Assembly (NCBI GenBank): GCA_963715195.1
Contig: CAVQRT010000031.1
Span: 262,918-326,917, forward strand
From: Thermodesulfovibrionales bacterium
Lineage (GTDB): Bacteria; Nitrospirota; Thermodesulfovibrionia; Thermodesulfovibrionales; SM23-35
Length of the DNA stretch: 64,000 bases
Direction of reading: 5' to 3'
The notes below the pieces were generated by a model. It had not been told where the DNA came from and ran no database searches. It saw only the letters and a list, made by a program, of their open reading frames with translations. Shown here piece after piece: positions 1 through 9,210 of the stretch. The position numbers and the translations under genes were made by a program. Position 1 is the first letter of the stretch, and each line of letters opens with the position of its first letter.

Positions 1-459
1 CTGAAGGCAGGGATACCTGTGACATCAAGGTTTGGTGGAGTCCTCCAAATTAATTCCGACCCGGTTCGTTTTACCGCCCTGATCGCCTATGAAGGCTCTT
101 CACTCGACCCCCTTGAGGTATTCATCAAGAGCAAGATGACCGATATCATGGGTGCTGTCGGAAATCATTCGGGAAAGATACTCGCAAGTTTCAGGGAAAT
201 ACCAGTGGTGAGTATCGAGAAAGCCACACAATTGAGAGCAACACTCACGGACAAGGGCATTGGTGGTGTTCTGCTCATCGGGAACCCCAACCAGCCACTC
301 CTTGAGATGCCTGTCGGACTTGACAGGGCAGGTATGATCATCGTCGGTGGTCTTAATCCGATAGCAGCCCTTGAGGAAGCAGGTATACCAACAATAACCA
401 AGGCTATGTCCACGCTCTATAAATTTTCTGAACTTATTCCTTTTCAGGAACTCATCTAA
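1..459 (+). CDS. NrpR-type (DUF128) regulator, C-terminal part. The ORF runs off the left edge of the window.
   Basis: Frame 1 is open from base 1 (LKAGIPVTSRFGGVLQ...). By eye, roughly three quarters of residues are identical to the C-terminal domain of the ORF at 7784..8773. Shared blocks: YEGSSLDPLE, GKILASFREIPVVSIEKA, LLIGNPNQPLLEMPVGLDRAGM, VGGLNPIAALEEAGI. Confidence 0.7.
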   Translation: MKAGIPVTSRFGGVLQINSDPVRFTALIAYEGSSLDPLEVFIKSKMTDIMGAVGNHSGKILASFREIPVVSIEKATQLRATLTDKGIGGVLLIGNPNQPLLEMPVGLDRAGMIIVGGLNPIAALEEAGIPTITKAMSTLYKFSELIPFQELI

Positions 460-1055
460 TCCATATTCATAATTTAACCCCACGAAAATGCAGAGTCTAC
501 AGTATCTTATGCCCAGTCGATGAATGAAGAGGGCAAAAAGACATAAATTGATTTAGTCGGCAAACATTGCCGACCAGTTACCTCTCTGCAGTTTACTGTA
601 AAATCAAGCGGATCAAATCTAACAGGGTGATTACCGTTTAATTTATTTATATTTGTTAGGCAATAATTTTCATAATTCATCGATATGACAGGACTTGACA
701 TTTCTTTTTTTATTTGGTAGAAGTAAAGCAAAAGGTAACCGATTGCCTACGAAATGAACACTCTTTGGTCAGGCATAATTGTCCCGTGCAGTTTTTGTGA
801 AAAAATAACTGGCACACAAACGATCTCACGCCTTCTGATAATTCGATGAAAACTATATTGCTGCATGAAATCATTCGCTTTTCTCGTCAGATGATACATA
901 AAGGCTTCAAGGTCTTTTCTCTATCCAAAGCAATAATCCATCTCCATGGAAAAGAAGGAGGTGTTGAGATGTAAGGATTTTTTTGTCCATATGGTTCACC
1001 AATACTAAAGCAGGTCTAAAAAACATAATGAATACTGAAAAAGGAGGAGGAAAAG

Positions 1056-2621
1056 ATGAGTCTAAGCAAGCCAAATGCAAGTGCTGCAACAGTAACAACC
1101 ACCAGGGTGTCACCATCGCCGATGTCAGGATTGTGCGTCAACTGTGTCGATGGCTGCCCCGGATACTGCGAGGTTGGCAGGTCTGCACTTCGTGGGAGAG
1201 AAATTCTCTATCCGCAGCCTTTCGGGAAGGTCATTTCAGGGGCAGAGAAAGATTATCCGGTTGATTTCTCACATTTCAATATACATGGAACGTGTGTTGG
1301 AGCTGTGGGAAGTGAGGCAGATCCTGATAAGGCAACATTCCCTTCTGTCAGCGTAGAGACAGAAATAACCGGTCAAGGCACCAAAATCCCGATGAAAGTG
1401 CCATTTTTCACCGGTGCCCTTGGCTCGACCGAAATCGCCCGTGTCAACTGGGAGGGCACAGCTATTGGTGCAGCCATTAGCGGGTCTATTCTCGTATGCG
1501 GTGAAAATGTCTGTGGAATGGATTCAAAGGCTGAGATCAAGAATGGAAAAATCGCGAATTCGCCCGAGCTCGCGCGGCGAGTAAAGACCTACAAGGACTG
1601 GTATGACGGATACGGTACAATGCTTGTTCAGTTAAATGTTGAGGACACCCGCCTTGGGGTTGCCGAGTATGCTGTAGAAAAACTCGGCGTGGAGGGCATT
1701 GAGCTCAAATGGGGACAAGGAGCCAAATGTATTGGTGGTGAAGTGAAACTGCCGACATTGGATAGAGCGCTCCAATTGAAACAGAGAGGGTATATTGTTC
1801 TCCCTGATCCTGAAAATAAGTCAGTACAGGAAGCACATAAACTTGGAGGCGTTGCTGAATTCGAGAGACACTCACGTCTTGGAATGGTTGAAGAAGACTC
1901 ATTTATGAAAGAAGTCGAACGGGTGAGAAAGATTGGCGCAAAATATGTGACCCTTAAGACAGGGGCTTACAGGCCGGTGGATCTAGCCCGTGCAGTTAAG
2001 TATTCATCGATGGCGAAAATTGACCTCCTTACGGTGGATGGTGCCGGTGGAGGGACAGGAATGAGCCCGTGGAGAATGATGAACGAATGGGGCATCCCGA
2101 CCGTCTATCTTGAATGCCTTTTGTACAACTATCTGAAAAGGCTGAAGGAAAAGGGTGAGTTTGTCCCGTCCGTTGCCATCGCCGGTGGTATAGTTCTTGA
2201 AGACCAGATTTTCAAGGCACTGGCACTCGGCGCTCCTTTTGTGAAAGCGATCTGCATGGGGCGTTCAACCCTTACCGCGGGAATGGTCGGCAAGTCCCAG
2301 GGGAATAACATCGAAGAGGCTTTTGGAAAAGGCAAGGAATACGAAGAGGCCCTGATGAGGACGTTTAACGGTGCGGCAATGCTGAAAGACAAATTTGGGA
2401 AGGATCTCAAGAAGATTCCCCCGGCAGCGATAGGGATATACACTTACTACGACCGGCTTGCTGTGGGATTGAGACAGCTTATGGCAGGGGCACGTAAATT
2501 CGCCCTGAAGTATATTGAGAGAAGTGATCTCATGTCGATGACCCGCGAAGCAGCAGATGTGTCAGGTATCCCGTATTTGATGGATGTCGACATGAAAGAA
2601 GCAGAAAATATCTTAGGATAA
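1056..2621 (+). CDS. Glutamate synthase-related FMN-binding subunit (stand-alone GltB domain-2 type)
   Basis: 521 aa. A strong SD (AAAGGAGGAGG) precedes the ATG. N-terminal Cys cluster CVNCVDGCPGYC. Blocks FFTGALG, GIELKWGQGAK, TVDGAGGGTGMSP and IAGGI..ALALGA are typical of the Glu_synthase FMN barrel family. Confidence 0.8.
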   Translation: MSLSKPNASAATVTTTRVSPSPMSGLCVNCVDGCPGYCEVGRSALRGREILYPQPFGKVISGAEKDYPVDFSHFNIHGTCVGAVGSEADPDKATFPSVSVETEITGQGTKIPMKVPFFTGALGSTEIARVNWEGTAIGAAISGSILVCGENVCGMDSKAEIKNGKIANSPELARRVKTYKDWYDGYGTMLVQLNVEDTRLGVAEYAVEKLGVEGIELKWGQGAKCIGGEVKLPTLDRALQLKQRGYIVLPDPENKSVQEAHKLGGVAEFERHSRLGMVEEDSFMKEVERVRKIGAKYVTLKTGAYRPVDLARAVKYSSMAKIDLLTVDGAGGGTGMSPWRMMNEWGIPTVYLECLLYNYLKRLKEKGEFVPSVAIAGGIVLEDQIFKALALGAPFVKAICMGRSTLTAGMVGKSQGNNIEEAFGKGKEYEEALMRTFNGAAMLKDKFGKDLKKIPPAAIGIYTYYDRLAVGLRQLMAGARKFALKYIERSDLMSMTREAADVSGIPYLMDVDMKEAENILG

Positions 2622-2632
2622 GGAGGAAGATA

Positions 2633-2854
2633 ATGCTTAATTTAATTTGCTATAAGTTCTGTTCATCACCCTTCTGCATGGTTAGTTGTCCTGCAGGTGC
2701 AATAAGTATCTCAACAAAGGATAACAATGTTTATGCCGACACGAATAAATGCAACAGGTGTGGTATCTGTCGTGGCATGTGTTCTATTCTGAGTTTTGAT
2801 AAAAATCTGAGAAGGAGAAGGCCGTGGGTGCGTGAGGATTTCGGCAAAAAATAG
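2633..2854 (+). CDS. Small 4Fe-4S ferredoxin-domain protein
   Basis: 73 aa with SD AAGGAGG. Contains CNRCGICRGMC (CxxCxxCxxxC) and a second, irregular Cys cluster ending in CP (CYKFCSSPFCMVSCP). Confidence 0.6.
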   Translation: MLNLICYKFCSSPFCMVSCPAGAISISTKDNNVYADTNKCNRCGICRGMCSILSFDKNLRRRRPWVREDFGKK

Positions 2855-2928
2855 AAGGCATATAATCATTCTCCTCTCTTTCGTTGTACCCATCAGTCAA
2901 GGATGAGGAGTTAGAGGAAGTTACAGGT

Positions 2929-3408
2929 ATGGAAGAAGAACTTTTAGAACAAATCTTATCATCATACTGTGGTCAGAGAAATGAACTCGTTCCGATCCTT
3001 CAGGAGGTTCAGGAAAACCTTGGCTACCTTCCGGAGAAGGTGATGCTGGATATTGCGCGCTTTGTCGGCGCTCCCGAAAGTCATGTATATTCTGTCGCAT
3101 CTTTTTATGCGCAGTTCAGAACACTGCCACTCGGCAAGAGACGAGTTGCTGTCTGCAGAGGTACGGCATGTCATATCAGAGGAGCGCCTCAAGTCCTCCA
3201 TGCAATTGAGGACTCAATCCATCTGAAGGAAGGGGAAACGTCTGAGGACCTTGAGTACACGCTCGAGACGGTTGCATGTATTGGATGCTGTGCTCTGGCC
3301 CCCTGCGTAAGAGTCAATAAGGACGTTAGCGGAGATATGACGCCGGAAAAAGCCATGAAACTTTTCATGAGGAATGGCAAAAATGACGGAAGAAAAAGGA
3401 TTAAATAA
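2929..3408 (+). CDS. NuoE/HndA-type [2Fe-2S] thioredoxin-like subunit
   Basis: Cys ligand pattern CRGTAC...CIGCCALAPC and a conserved N-terminal helix region (ILQEVQENLGYLP). The ORF is open from a TTG at 2884. The ATG at 2929 is preferred. Confidence 0.8.
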   Translation: MEEELLEQILSSYCGQRNELVPILQEVQENLGYLPEKVMLDIARFVGAPESHVYSVASFYAQFRTLPLGKRRVAVCRGTACHIRGAPQVLHAIEDSIHLKEGETSEDLEYTLETVACIGCCALAPCVRVNKDVSGDMTPEKAMKLFMRNGKNDGRKRIK

Positions 3409-5020
3409 GCGGCATGTAATCCTGGTATGTCAGGGGACGGGCTGCGTTTCAGGAGGGTCAGAACATATCTTTTCAGCCCTGAAAGATGCTTTGGAAACAT
3501 CGGGGAATGGAAAAGACATCCTTGTAAAACGCACAGGCTGCCATGGTTTCTGCCAGCAAGGCCCTCTTGCTGTTGTCGAGCCACAAGGTATTTTTTACAC
3601 AAAAGTGACAAGAGAGGATATCCCTGAAATCTTGCAGTCTATTTCATTAGGAGGCAAACCGTTGGAGCGCCTCTTATATCGTGATACATTTACGGATAAA
3701 CCAATCCTCCATTACCATGATATTCCTTTCTACTGGAAACAGCAGAGAACCATATTGAAATACTGCGGCAGCATTGACCCTGAAGACATCGATGATTACA
3801 GCGAGGTCGGGGGATACAGAGCTCTGCAGAAGGCAATCTCTGCAATGTCTCCTGAAGACATTATTGGAGAAGTAAAGGAATCGGGACTGAGGGGACTTGG
3901 TGGCGCGGGTTTCCCCACCGGCCGCAAATGGGAATCCTGCCGAAATGTGCCCGGAGATATCAAGTACGTAATCTGTAATGCTGACGAAGGCGACCCGGGA
4001 GCGTTCCAGGACAGATCAGTTATGGAAGGCAACCCTCACTCGCTTATCGAAGGTATGATCATTGCAGCCTATGCAATAGGAGCTCAACGAGGTTTTGTTT
4101 ATGTGAGGGCAGAGTATCCCCTTGCTGTCAGCCGCCTAAAAATTGCTATCGACCAGGCACAGAAAGCAGGTTTTCTGGGTGACGACATTGTGGGCAGAGG
4201 TTTCAGTTTTCATATCGACATCTTTCAGGGAGCAGGGGCCTTCGTATGCGGTGAATCGACGGCTCTGGTGCGCTCAATCGAAGGAAAGAGGGGTATGCCC
4301 AAGCCAATGCCCCGTCCGAGGACTACCGAGGAAGGATTATGGAATAAACCGACCCTTCTTAATAATGTCAAAACATTTGCAAATATACCGTTGATCATCA
4401 TGAACGGTTCAGAATGGTTTTCGCAGAGAGGGACAGAGAAAAGCAAGGGCACAGCCGTATTTTCTCTCACGGGAAAGGTGATGAACTGCGGCCTTATAGA
4501 AGTGCCCATGGGAGAAACGTTGCGGAAAATCATATTCGATATCGGGGGAGGAGTTTTAGGCGGCAAGTCCCTGAAAGCAATTCAGACCGGAGGGCCATCG
4601 GGCGGGTGCCTGCCTGCACACATGATAGATATGCCTGTTGATTTCGACTCGCTCACAAAAGCAGGTTCGATCATGGGTTCCGGAGGGCTTGTCGTGATGG
4701 ATGAGGATACCTGCATGGTCGATGTTGCACGATACTTTCTTGATTTTAACCAGAGGGAATCCTGTGGCCAGTGCATCCCCTGCAGGATCGGTACCCGGCA
4801 GATGTTCGAGATCCTTGAAGAAATCACAAGAGGGAATGGACGGCCCGGGGATATCGACCTGCTCCTTGAATTAAGCAGCTCAATAAAACAGAGTTCGATA
4901 TGCGGACTCGGCAAGACAGCCCCAAATCCTGTTGTCACAACGATTCGGTATTTTCGGGATGAGTACGAGGCACACATTAAGGAGAAACGATGTCCTGCTG
5001 GTGTATGCAGGATGAATTGA
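3374..5020 (+). CDS. NuoF/HndC-type NADH-binding FMN/[4Fe-4S] subunit with an N-terminal thioredoxin-like [2Fe-2S] domain
   Basis: Motifs GLRGLGGAGFPTGRKW, CNADEGDPGAF and ESCGQCIPCR. N-terminal CQGTGC...CHGFCQQGP. The ATG at 3383 is an alternative start with better SD spacing. Confidence 0.9.
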   Translation: MAKMTEEKGLNKRHVILVCQGTGCVSGGSEHIFSALKDALETSGNGKDILVKRTGCHGFCQQGPLAVVEPQGIFYTKVTREDIPEILQSISLGGKPLERLLYRDTFTDKPILHYHDIPFYWKQQRTILKYCGSIDPEDIDDYSEVGGYRALQKAISAMSPEDIIGEVKESGLRGLGGAGFPTGRKWESCRNVPGDIKYVICNADEGDPGAFQDRSVMEGNPHSLIEGMIIAAYAIGAQRGFVYVRAEYPLAVSRLKIAIDQAQKAGFLGDDIVGRGFSFHIDIFQGAGAFVCGESTALVRSIEGKRGMPKPMPRPRTTEEGLWNKPTLLNNVKTFANIPLIIMNGSEWFSQRGTEKSKGTAVFSLTGKVMNCGLIEVPMGETLRKIIFDIGGGVLGGKSLKAIQTGGPSGGCLPAHMIDMPVDFDSLTKAGSIMGSGGLVVMDEDTCMVDVARYFLDFNQRESCGQCIPCRIGTRQMFEILEEITRGNGRPGDIDLLLELSSSIKQSSICGLGKTAPNPVVTTIRYFRDEYEAHIKEKRCPAGVCRMN

Positions 5021-5072
5021 ATGAGGCTAAGAAAGATGCTGTTGGCAGGAACAATAGAGAAAGGAGGTCGCA

Positions 5073-7760
5073 ATGGGTACGGTTACACTGAAGATTGATG
5101 ATCAGGAAATCCAAACCTGGCAAGGTGCCACTATCCTTGAAACGGCTCTGGAAAATAAAATCTATATACCACACCTCTGTTATCATCCGGACTTGAAACC
5201 TGCCGGAAGCTGCCGTATCTGCCTTGTGGAACTTGATAACGGCCGACTGGTGAATTCATGCAGGACCCCGGTAAAGGAAGGCATGGTCATAAGAACAAAG
5301 GGGTCTGAAGTCGATGCAGTGAGGCTGCCGGTTATTGAAATGATTATTGCCAATCATCATATGGACTGCAAGCATTGCCTAAAAAAAGGGCGGTGCCAAT
5401 TGCAGAAGATCATGGCATATATGAAGGTAGACAAAAAGAAAATTCAGGAGCGGATGAGACTGCCGAAAGCTGATATGCCACTTGATGAATCGAATCCTTT
5501 TTTTATCAGAGATCATAACAAATGTGTCATGTGCGGAATTTGTATACAGACCTGCAAAGAGATTGCAAAAGTTAATGCAATTGATTTTGCCGGCAGAGGG
5601 ATCCAGAGCAAAGTTGCTCCGTTTGCAGATAAGCCGATAACAGAATCCAGCTGCGTCTCATGCGGAGAGTGCGTAATCCGCTGCCCTGTTGGTGCGCTTG
5701 TTTTAAGGAATCCCAGGAAAGCTGTCACGTGGGTGAAATCTATCTGTCCATACTGCGGCGTCGGATGCGGCGTTCTTCTGGGCATCAAGGATAATGAAAT
5801 TGTTGAGGTGAGAGCTGATGCGTCGAGTGCGGTAAATTTCGGATGTCTTTGTGTAAAAGGTCGCTTCGGCATGGACTTTGTAAATTCACCGGACAGACTA
5901 AGCTACCCAATGGTAAGACAGGAGCGAGGAAAAGGAACAGACAAAGCAGCAGGTAAGGGGAGTAACAGCGGGTTTCTCGAGATTTCCTGGGACGAGGCAC
6001 TCGATCTTGTCGCAAAAAATTTGAAAAAATATAAGGGTGATGAATTTGCTCTCATAGCGTCAACTAAGTGCACTAATGAAGACAATTATGTGGCACAAAA
6101 GTTTGCAAGGGTCGTCATGGGGAGCAACAACATCGACACCTCAGCCAGACTCTACTATGGTCCGAACATCACTGCGTTGCGGAGTACGGGGAAATGTGTC
6201 GGGTTCAGTCCGCCAGACGACAGTGATGTCTTTCCGGTTCCGGCGAGACAAAATCCGGATCTGATCGAAAAGGCTGCCTGCATACTTGTTGCCGGGGCAA
6301 ATATTACCCAGTCACATCCGATATTAGGCCTGAAAATAAAGAAAGCGATTGATAACGGCGCGAAGCTTCTCGTCATAAGCCCGAATGAGACTGAACTCTG
6401 CCGAAGTGCTGAAAAATGCCTTAACCCCTATCCCGGTTCAGAACTGGCTCTTATTATGGGCATGTGCAATGTGATTGTCGAAGAGGAATTGTTTGACAGT
6501 GCATTCACAGGTATGTATTGCAATAATTTTGAAGAATTCAAAGAAGCACTCGGCGATTTTTCCCTTGGGAGGGTCGAAAGAATTACCGGGATTCCCCGTG
6601 ATATGGTCGAAGAGTCTGCCCGGACTTACGCGCTCAGCAAACCTGCTGCAATCTTCTGGGGTGCAGGAATCACCCAATATAGTCACGGGACAGACAGTGT
6701 TTATGCTCTCATAAATCTTGCAATTCTTACTGCAAATATCAAACATTCCTTTGCACTGAATCCCCTCTCAGAACAGAGCAATACCTTAGGGGCCTGCGAT
6801 ATGGGTTGCCTGCCTGACTATTATCCCTGCTATCAACCCGTTGGTTCGCCTGATATACAGGAACGATTTGAAGCTCTTTGGGAGTGTGCACTGAACCCGA
6901 AGCCCGGCCTTACCTTTACCGAAATAATAGATGCCACACTTGCAGGAAAAATCAAAGCACTCTATATTATTGGATCGAACCCGGCTGTGACAATCGCTCC
7001 ATCGAAAAAGGTAAAAGCTGCGTTGAAGAAAGCTAAATTTGTTGTTGTCCAGGACTTGTTCCTGAATGAGACAGCTCAATATGCCCACGTAGTCCTTCCG
7101 GCGGCAAGCTTTGCCGAAAAAACCGGTTCCTTTACGAATACAGGGGCTGAAACACAACCCATAGAAAAAGCACTTGAACCCTTTGGGAATTCAAGGCCGG
7201 ACTGGGAAATATTGTGCCGGCTTGCAGATAGAATGGACAGCAGAGGCTTTGCGTTTGCAAGCCCCGATGACATTCTGTCGGAGATGGTGGCGCTTATCCA
7301 GAACCTGCCTGAAACAATAGGAAAGTTTAGTTTGTTCCCGCTGCAATACAAAGCTCCGGCAGAGGCCGCAGACATGGATTATCCTCTTGTCCTGACGAGA
7401 GAGAGAGATTGTTACGCAGATGGCGTCATGTCTGAAAAAGCGCATGGCCTGAGAGAGCTTGGGTTGACAAACTATCTTCAGGTAAATCCAAAGGATGCCG
7501 CAGATTTTGGGATCGCTGACGGAGAAGCAGTTCGAATCGTTTCCCGGCACGGGTCTGCAGAGAGCAAGGCATTATTGACAGAATCAACTCCTGCAGGTCT
7601 CGCAGTCCTAAAAGAGGATCAAGAACACTTCAATTCGCTTTTGAATCCAGTTCTCGATGTAATATCAAGAACTCCTGAGATGAAAATGTGTTCAGTCAGA
7701 CTTGAAAAAGTTAAGGGGCACAAAAAGAGACAAAAGAATCTTGCAGTGAAATATGCATAG
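5073..7760 (+). CDS. FdhA/NuoG-like molybdopterin-oxidoreductase-fold subunit. It has an N-terminal 2Fe-2S site, a His/Cys cluster, two 4Fe-4S sites and an MopB-type domain, but lacks the canonical Sec/Cys-His active-site pair.
   Basis: 895 aa with SD GGAGG. Motifs CRICLVE, HHMDCKHCLKKGRCQLQ, CVMCGICIQTC, CVSCGECVIRCP and CPYCGVGCGV...CVKGRFG. The expected AR(V/L)[C/U]HGP block reads SARLYYGP. Confidence 0.85.
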   Translation: MGTVTLKIDDQEIQTWQGATILETALENKIYIPHLCYHPDLKPAGSCRICLVELDNGRLVNSCRTPVKEGMVIRTKGSEVDAVRLPVIEMIIANHHMDCKHCLKKGRCQLQKIMAYMKVDKKKIQERMRLPKADMPLDESNPFFIRDHNKCVMCGICIQTCKEIAKVNAIDFAGRGIQSKVAPFADKPITESSCVSCGECVIRCPVGALVLRNPRKAVTWVKSICPYCGVGCGVLLGIKDNEIVEVRADASSAVNFGCLCVKGRFGMDFVNSPDRLSYPMVRQERGKGTDKAAGKGSNSGFLEISWDEALDLVAKNLKKYKGDEFALIASTKCTNEDNYVAQKFARVVMGSNNIDTSARLYYGPNITALRSTGKCVGFSPPDDSDVFPVPARQNPDLIEKAACILVAGANITQSHPILGLKIKKAIDNGAKLLVISPNETELCRSAEKCLNPYPGSELALIMGMCNVIVEEELFDSAFTGMYCNNFEEFKEALGDFSLGRVERITGIPRDMVEESARTYALSKPAAIFWGAGITQYSHGTDSVYALINLAILTANIKHSFALNPLSEQSNTLGACDMGCLPDYYPCYQPVGSPDIQERFEALWECALNPKPGLTFTEIIDATLAGKIKALYIIGSNPAVTIAPSKKVKAALKKAKFVVVQDLFLNETAQYAHVVLPAASFAEKTGSFTNTGAETQPIEKALEPFGNSRPDWEILCRLADRMDSRGFAFASPDDILSEMVALIQNLPETIGKFSLFPLQYKAPAEAADMDYPLVLTRERDCYADGVMSEKAHGLRELGLTNYLQVNPKDAADFGIADGEAVRIVSRHGSAESKALLTESTPAGLAVLKEDQEHFNSLLNPVLDVISRTPEMKMCSVRLEKVKGHKKRQKNLAVKYA

Positions 7761-7783
7761 GAAAAGTCCCTTGAACAGGGTCC

Positions 7784-8773
7784 ATGTGTAGCTTTATGAA
7801 TAAAACCATGATTGCAATTCTGAAAATTCTGGAGCAGCATGAGGATACCATCCTTGGCTCAAGAGGGATTTCAAGACAATTGAAACAACATGGGATTGAA
7901 CTTACGGAGAGAACTGTGCGTTATCACCTGAGAATTCTCGATGAGCGGGGGTTTACCAAAGTATTTGGCAAGGAAGGAAGGATGATAACACAGAAAGGAA
8001 AAGTCGAGCTTTCGCATGCGTTAGTGTCTGACAGAATCGGTTTTGTTATCAGCAGGATCGAAAGTCTTTCGTATCTGACAAGCCTTGATCTCGAAAAAAA
8101 CGAAGGCGATATCATTCTCAATGTATCGTATTTTCCCGAAAAAAATCTGAAGGAAGCATTGCGGATAATGAGGCCGGTCTTTCTGTCGCCGTATGTTATG
8201 TCTGACAGGGTTATCATGAAAAGGGGAGGAGAGAAGATCGGAGATGTCCCGGTCCCGGATGAACAGGTTGGTTTTGGCACCGTCTGCAGTGTAACCATCA
8301 ACGGTATATTCCTCAAGTCAGGTATCCCTGTTATATCGAAGTTCGGTGGTGTCTTGCAGATAGAGGAAGCTGAACTGTCGAGATTTACTGCACTGATCAG
8401 TTACGAAGGTTCATCATTGGACCCGCTCGAAATATTTATCAAGAGCAGGATGACGGATGTCTTGGGTGCAGTTAGAAATCGCTCCGGGAAGATTCTCGCC
8501 AGTTTCAGAGAAATACCGGTGGTAAGCATCGAAAAAGCGGAAGAACTCTGGAACGAATTGAGAAAAAATGGCATACGGGGTATTTTGCTCATAGGCAATC
8601 CCAACCAGCCACTTCTCGAGATGCCTGTTGGACTTGACAGGGCAGGGATGGTGATCGTTGGCGGACTGAATCCAATTGCTGCACTTGAAGAAGCAGGGAT
8701 TGCGACGGTAACAAAAGCAATGTCCACCCTCCACAGGTTCTCTGACCTTGTGAAGTTTACGGAACTTCTCTAA
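7784..8773 (+). CDS. nrpR: NrpR-type transcriptional regulator (winged HTH plus one DUF128/NrpR domain)
   Basis: 329 aa. N-terminal TERTVRYHLRILDERGFT HTH block and C-terminal NrpR-domain blocks (GTVCSVTINGI, YEGSSLDPLE, ASFREIPV, GGLNPIAALEEAGI). Alternative starts lie at 7796 and 7808. Confidence 0.75.
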   Translation: MCSFMNKTMIAILKILEQHEDTILGSRGISRQLKQHGIELTERTVRYHLRILDERGFTKVFGKEGRMITQKGKVELSHALVSDRIGFVISRIESLSYLTSLDLEKNEGDIILNVSYFPEKNLKEALRIMRPVFLSPYVMSDRVIMKRGGEKIGDVPVPDEQVGFGTVCSVTINGIFLKSGIPVISKFGGVLQIEEAELSRFTALISYEGSSLDPLEIFIKSRMTDVLGAVRNRSGKILASFREIPVVSIEKAEELWNELRKNGIRGILLIGNPNQPLLEMPVGLDRAGMVIVGGLNPIAALEEAGIATVTKAMSTLHRFSDLVKFTELL

Positions 8774-9210
8774 GGCTCTTTGGACTTTTCCAGGAAGTCT
8801 AAAATATAATCACAGTACTCGTGATAATCTTTTAAACAATCTGTGATTGAAGAATAAATGCTGTTATAATCAACGACGTCATATTCATGAACCAGAATAT
8901 TCCTTGTTCCAACACTTCGGGCTATTCGCCGGGCAAATTCTTCCGGGCAAATACCGCAATCGGCAAGCCTCAGGAAAGTCTCAGCATAATCCAGCGGAGG
9001 ATTTGTATCTTTTGTTGATAGCTCTGAAATCAAATGATGATTTATATCAATAGCACGGTTGATAATTCTTTCCAGATACCGCTCAAGGGCTGCTTGTTTG
9101 ATGAAGTCACGTGTTATTTCTTGCAAAGAATATTTGGCTAAGTCAGCGAGATGAACGAGTTCATTCTGAATAAGGGTTATTTTCCTTAAAATAAAGTTTT
9201 CCCTTATCAT
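8770..9210 (-). CDS. hepT: HepT (DUF86) toxin of an MNT/HepT type VII toxin-antitoxin pair
   Basis: 146 aa with the Rx4HxY motif (RNILVHEY). It overlaps the upstream MNT gene by 4 nt. Confidence 0.8.
   Translation of the reverse strand: MIRENFILRKITLIQNELVHLADLAKYSLQEITRDFIKQAALERYLERIINRAIDINHHLISELSTKDTNPPLDYAETFLRLADCGICPEEFARRIARSVGTRNILVHEYDVVDYNSIYSSITDCLKDYHEYCDYILDFLEKSKEP

Noticed and set aside
100-483. Minus-strand ORFs (100..483 and 165..413) overlapping the NrpR-like fragment. Equivalent ORFs lie at 8401..8727 and 8414..8734.
   Set aside because: They are antisense shadows of a clearly conserved plus-strand gene and have no recognisable motifs.
810-840. Sigma-54 promoter at CTGGCACACAAACGATC upstream of the GltB-like operon
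   Set aside because: The -24 TGGCAC element is present, but the -12 position reads CGAT instead of TTGC. That is not convincing.
507-1055. Small ORFs (507..731, 907..1116, 983..1264) in the leader region of the GltB-like operon
   Set aside because: They have no SD, no motifs, and overlap each other. The region is more likely regulatory and non-coding.
6100-6200. Possible selenocysteine (TGA) at the active site of the FdhA-like gene
   Set aside because: The 895-aa ORF is uninterrupted. The aligned codons are TAC TAT (Tyr-Tyr), not TGA, so there is no recoding here.
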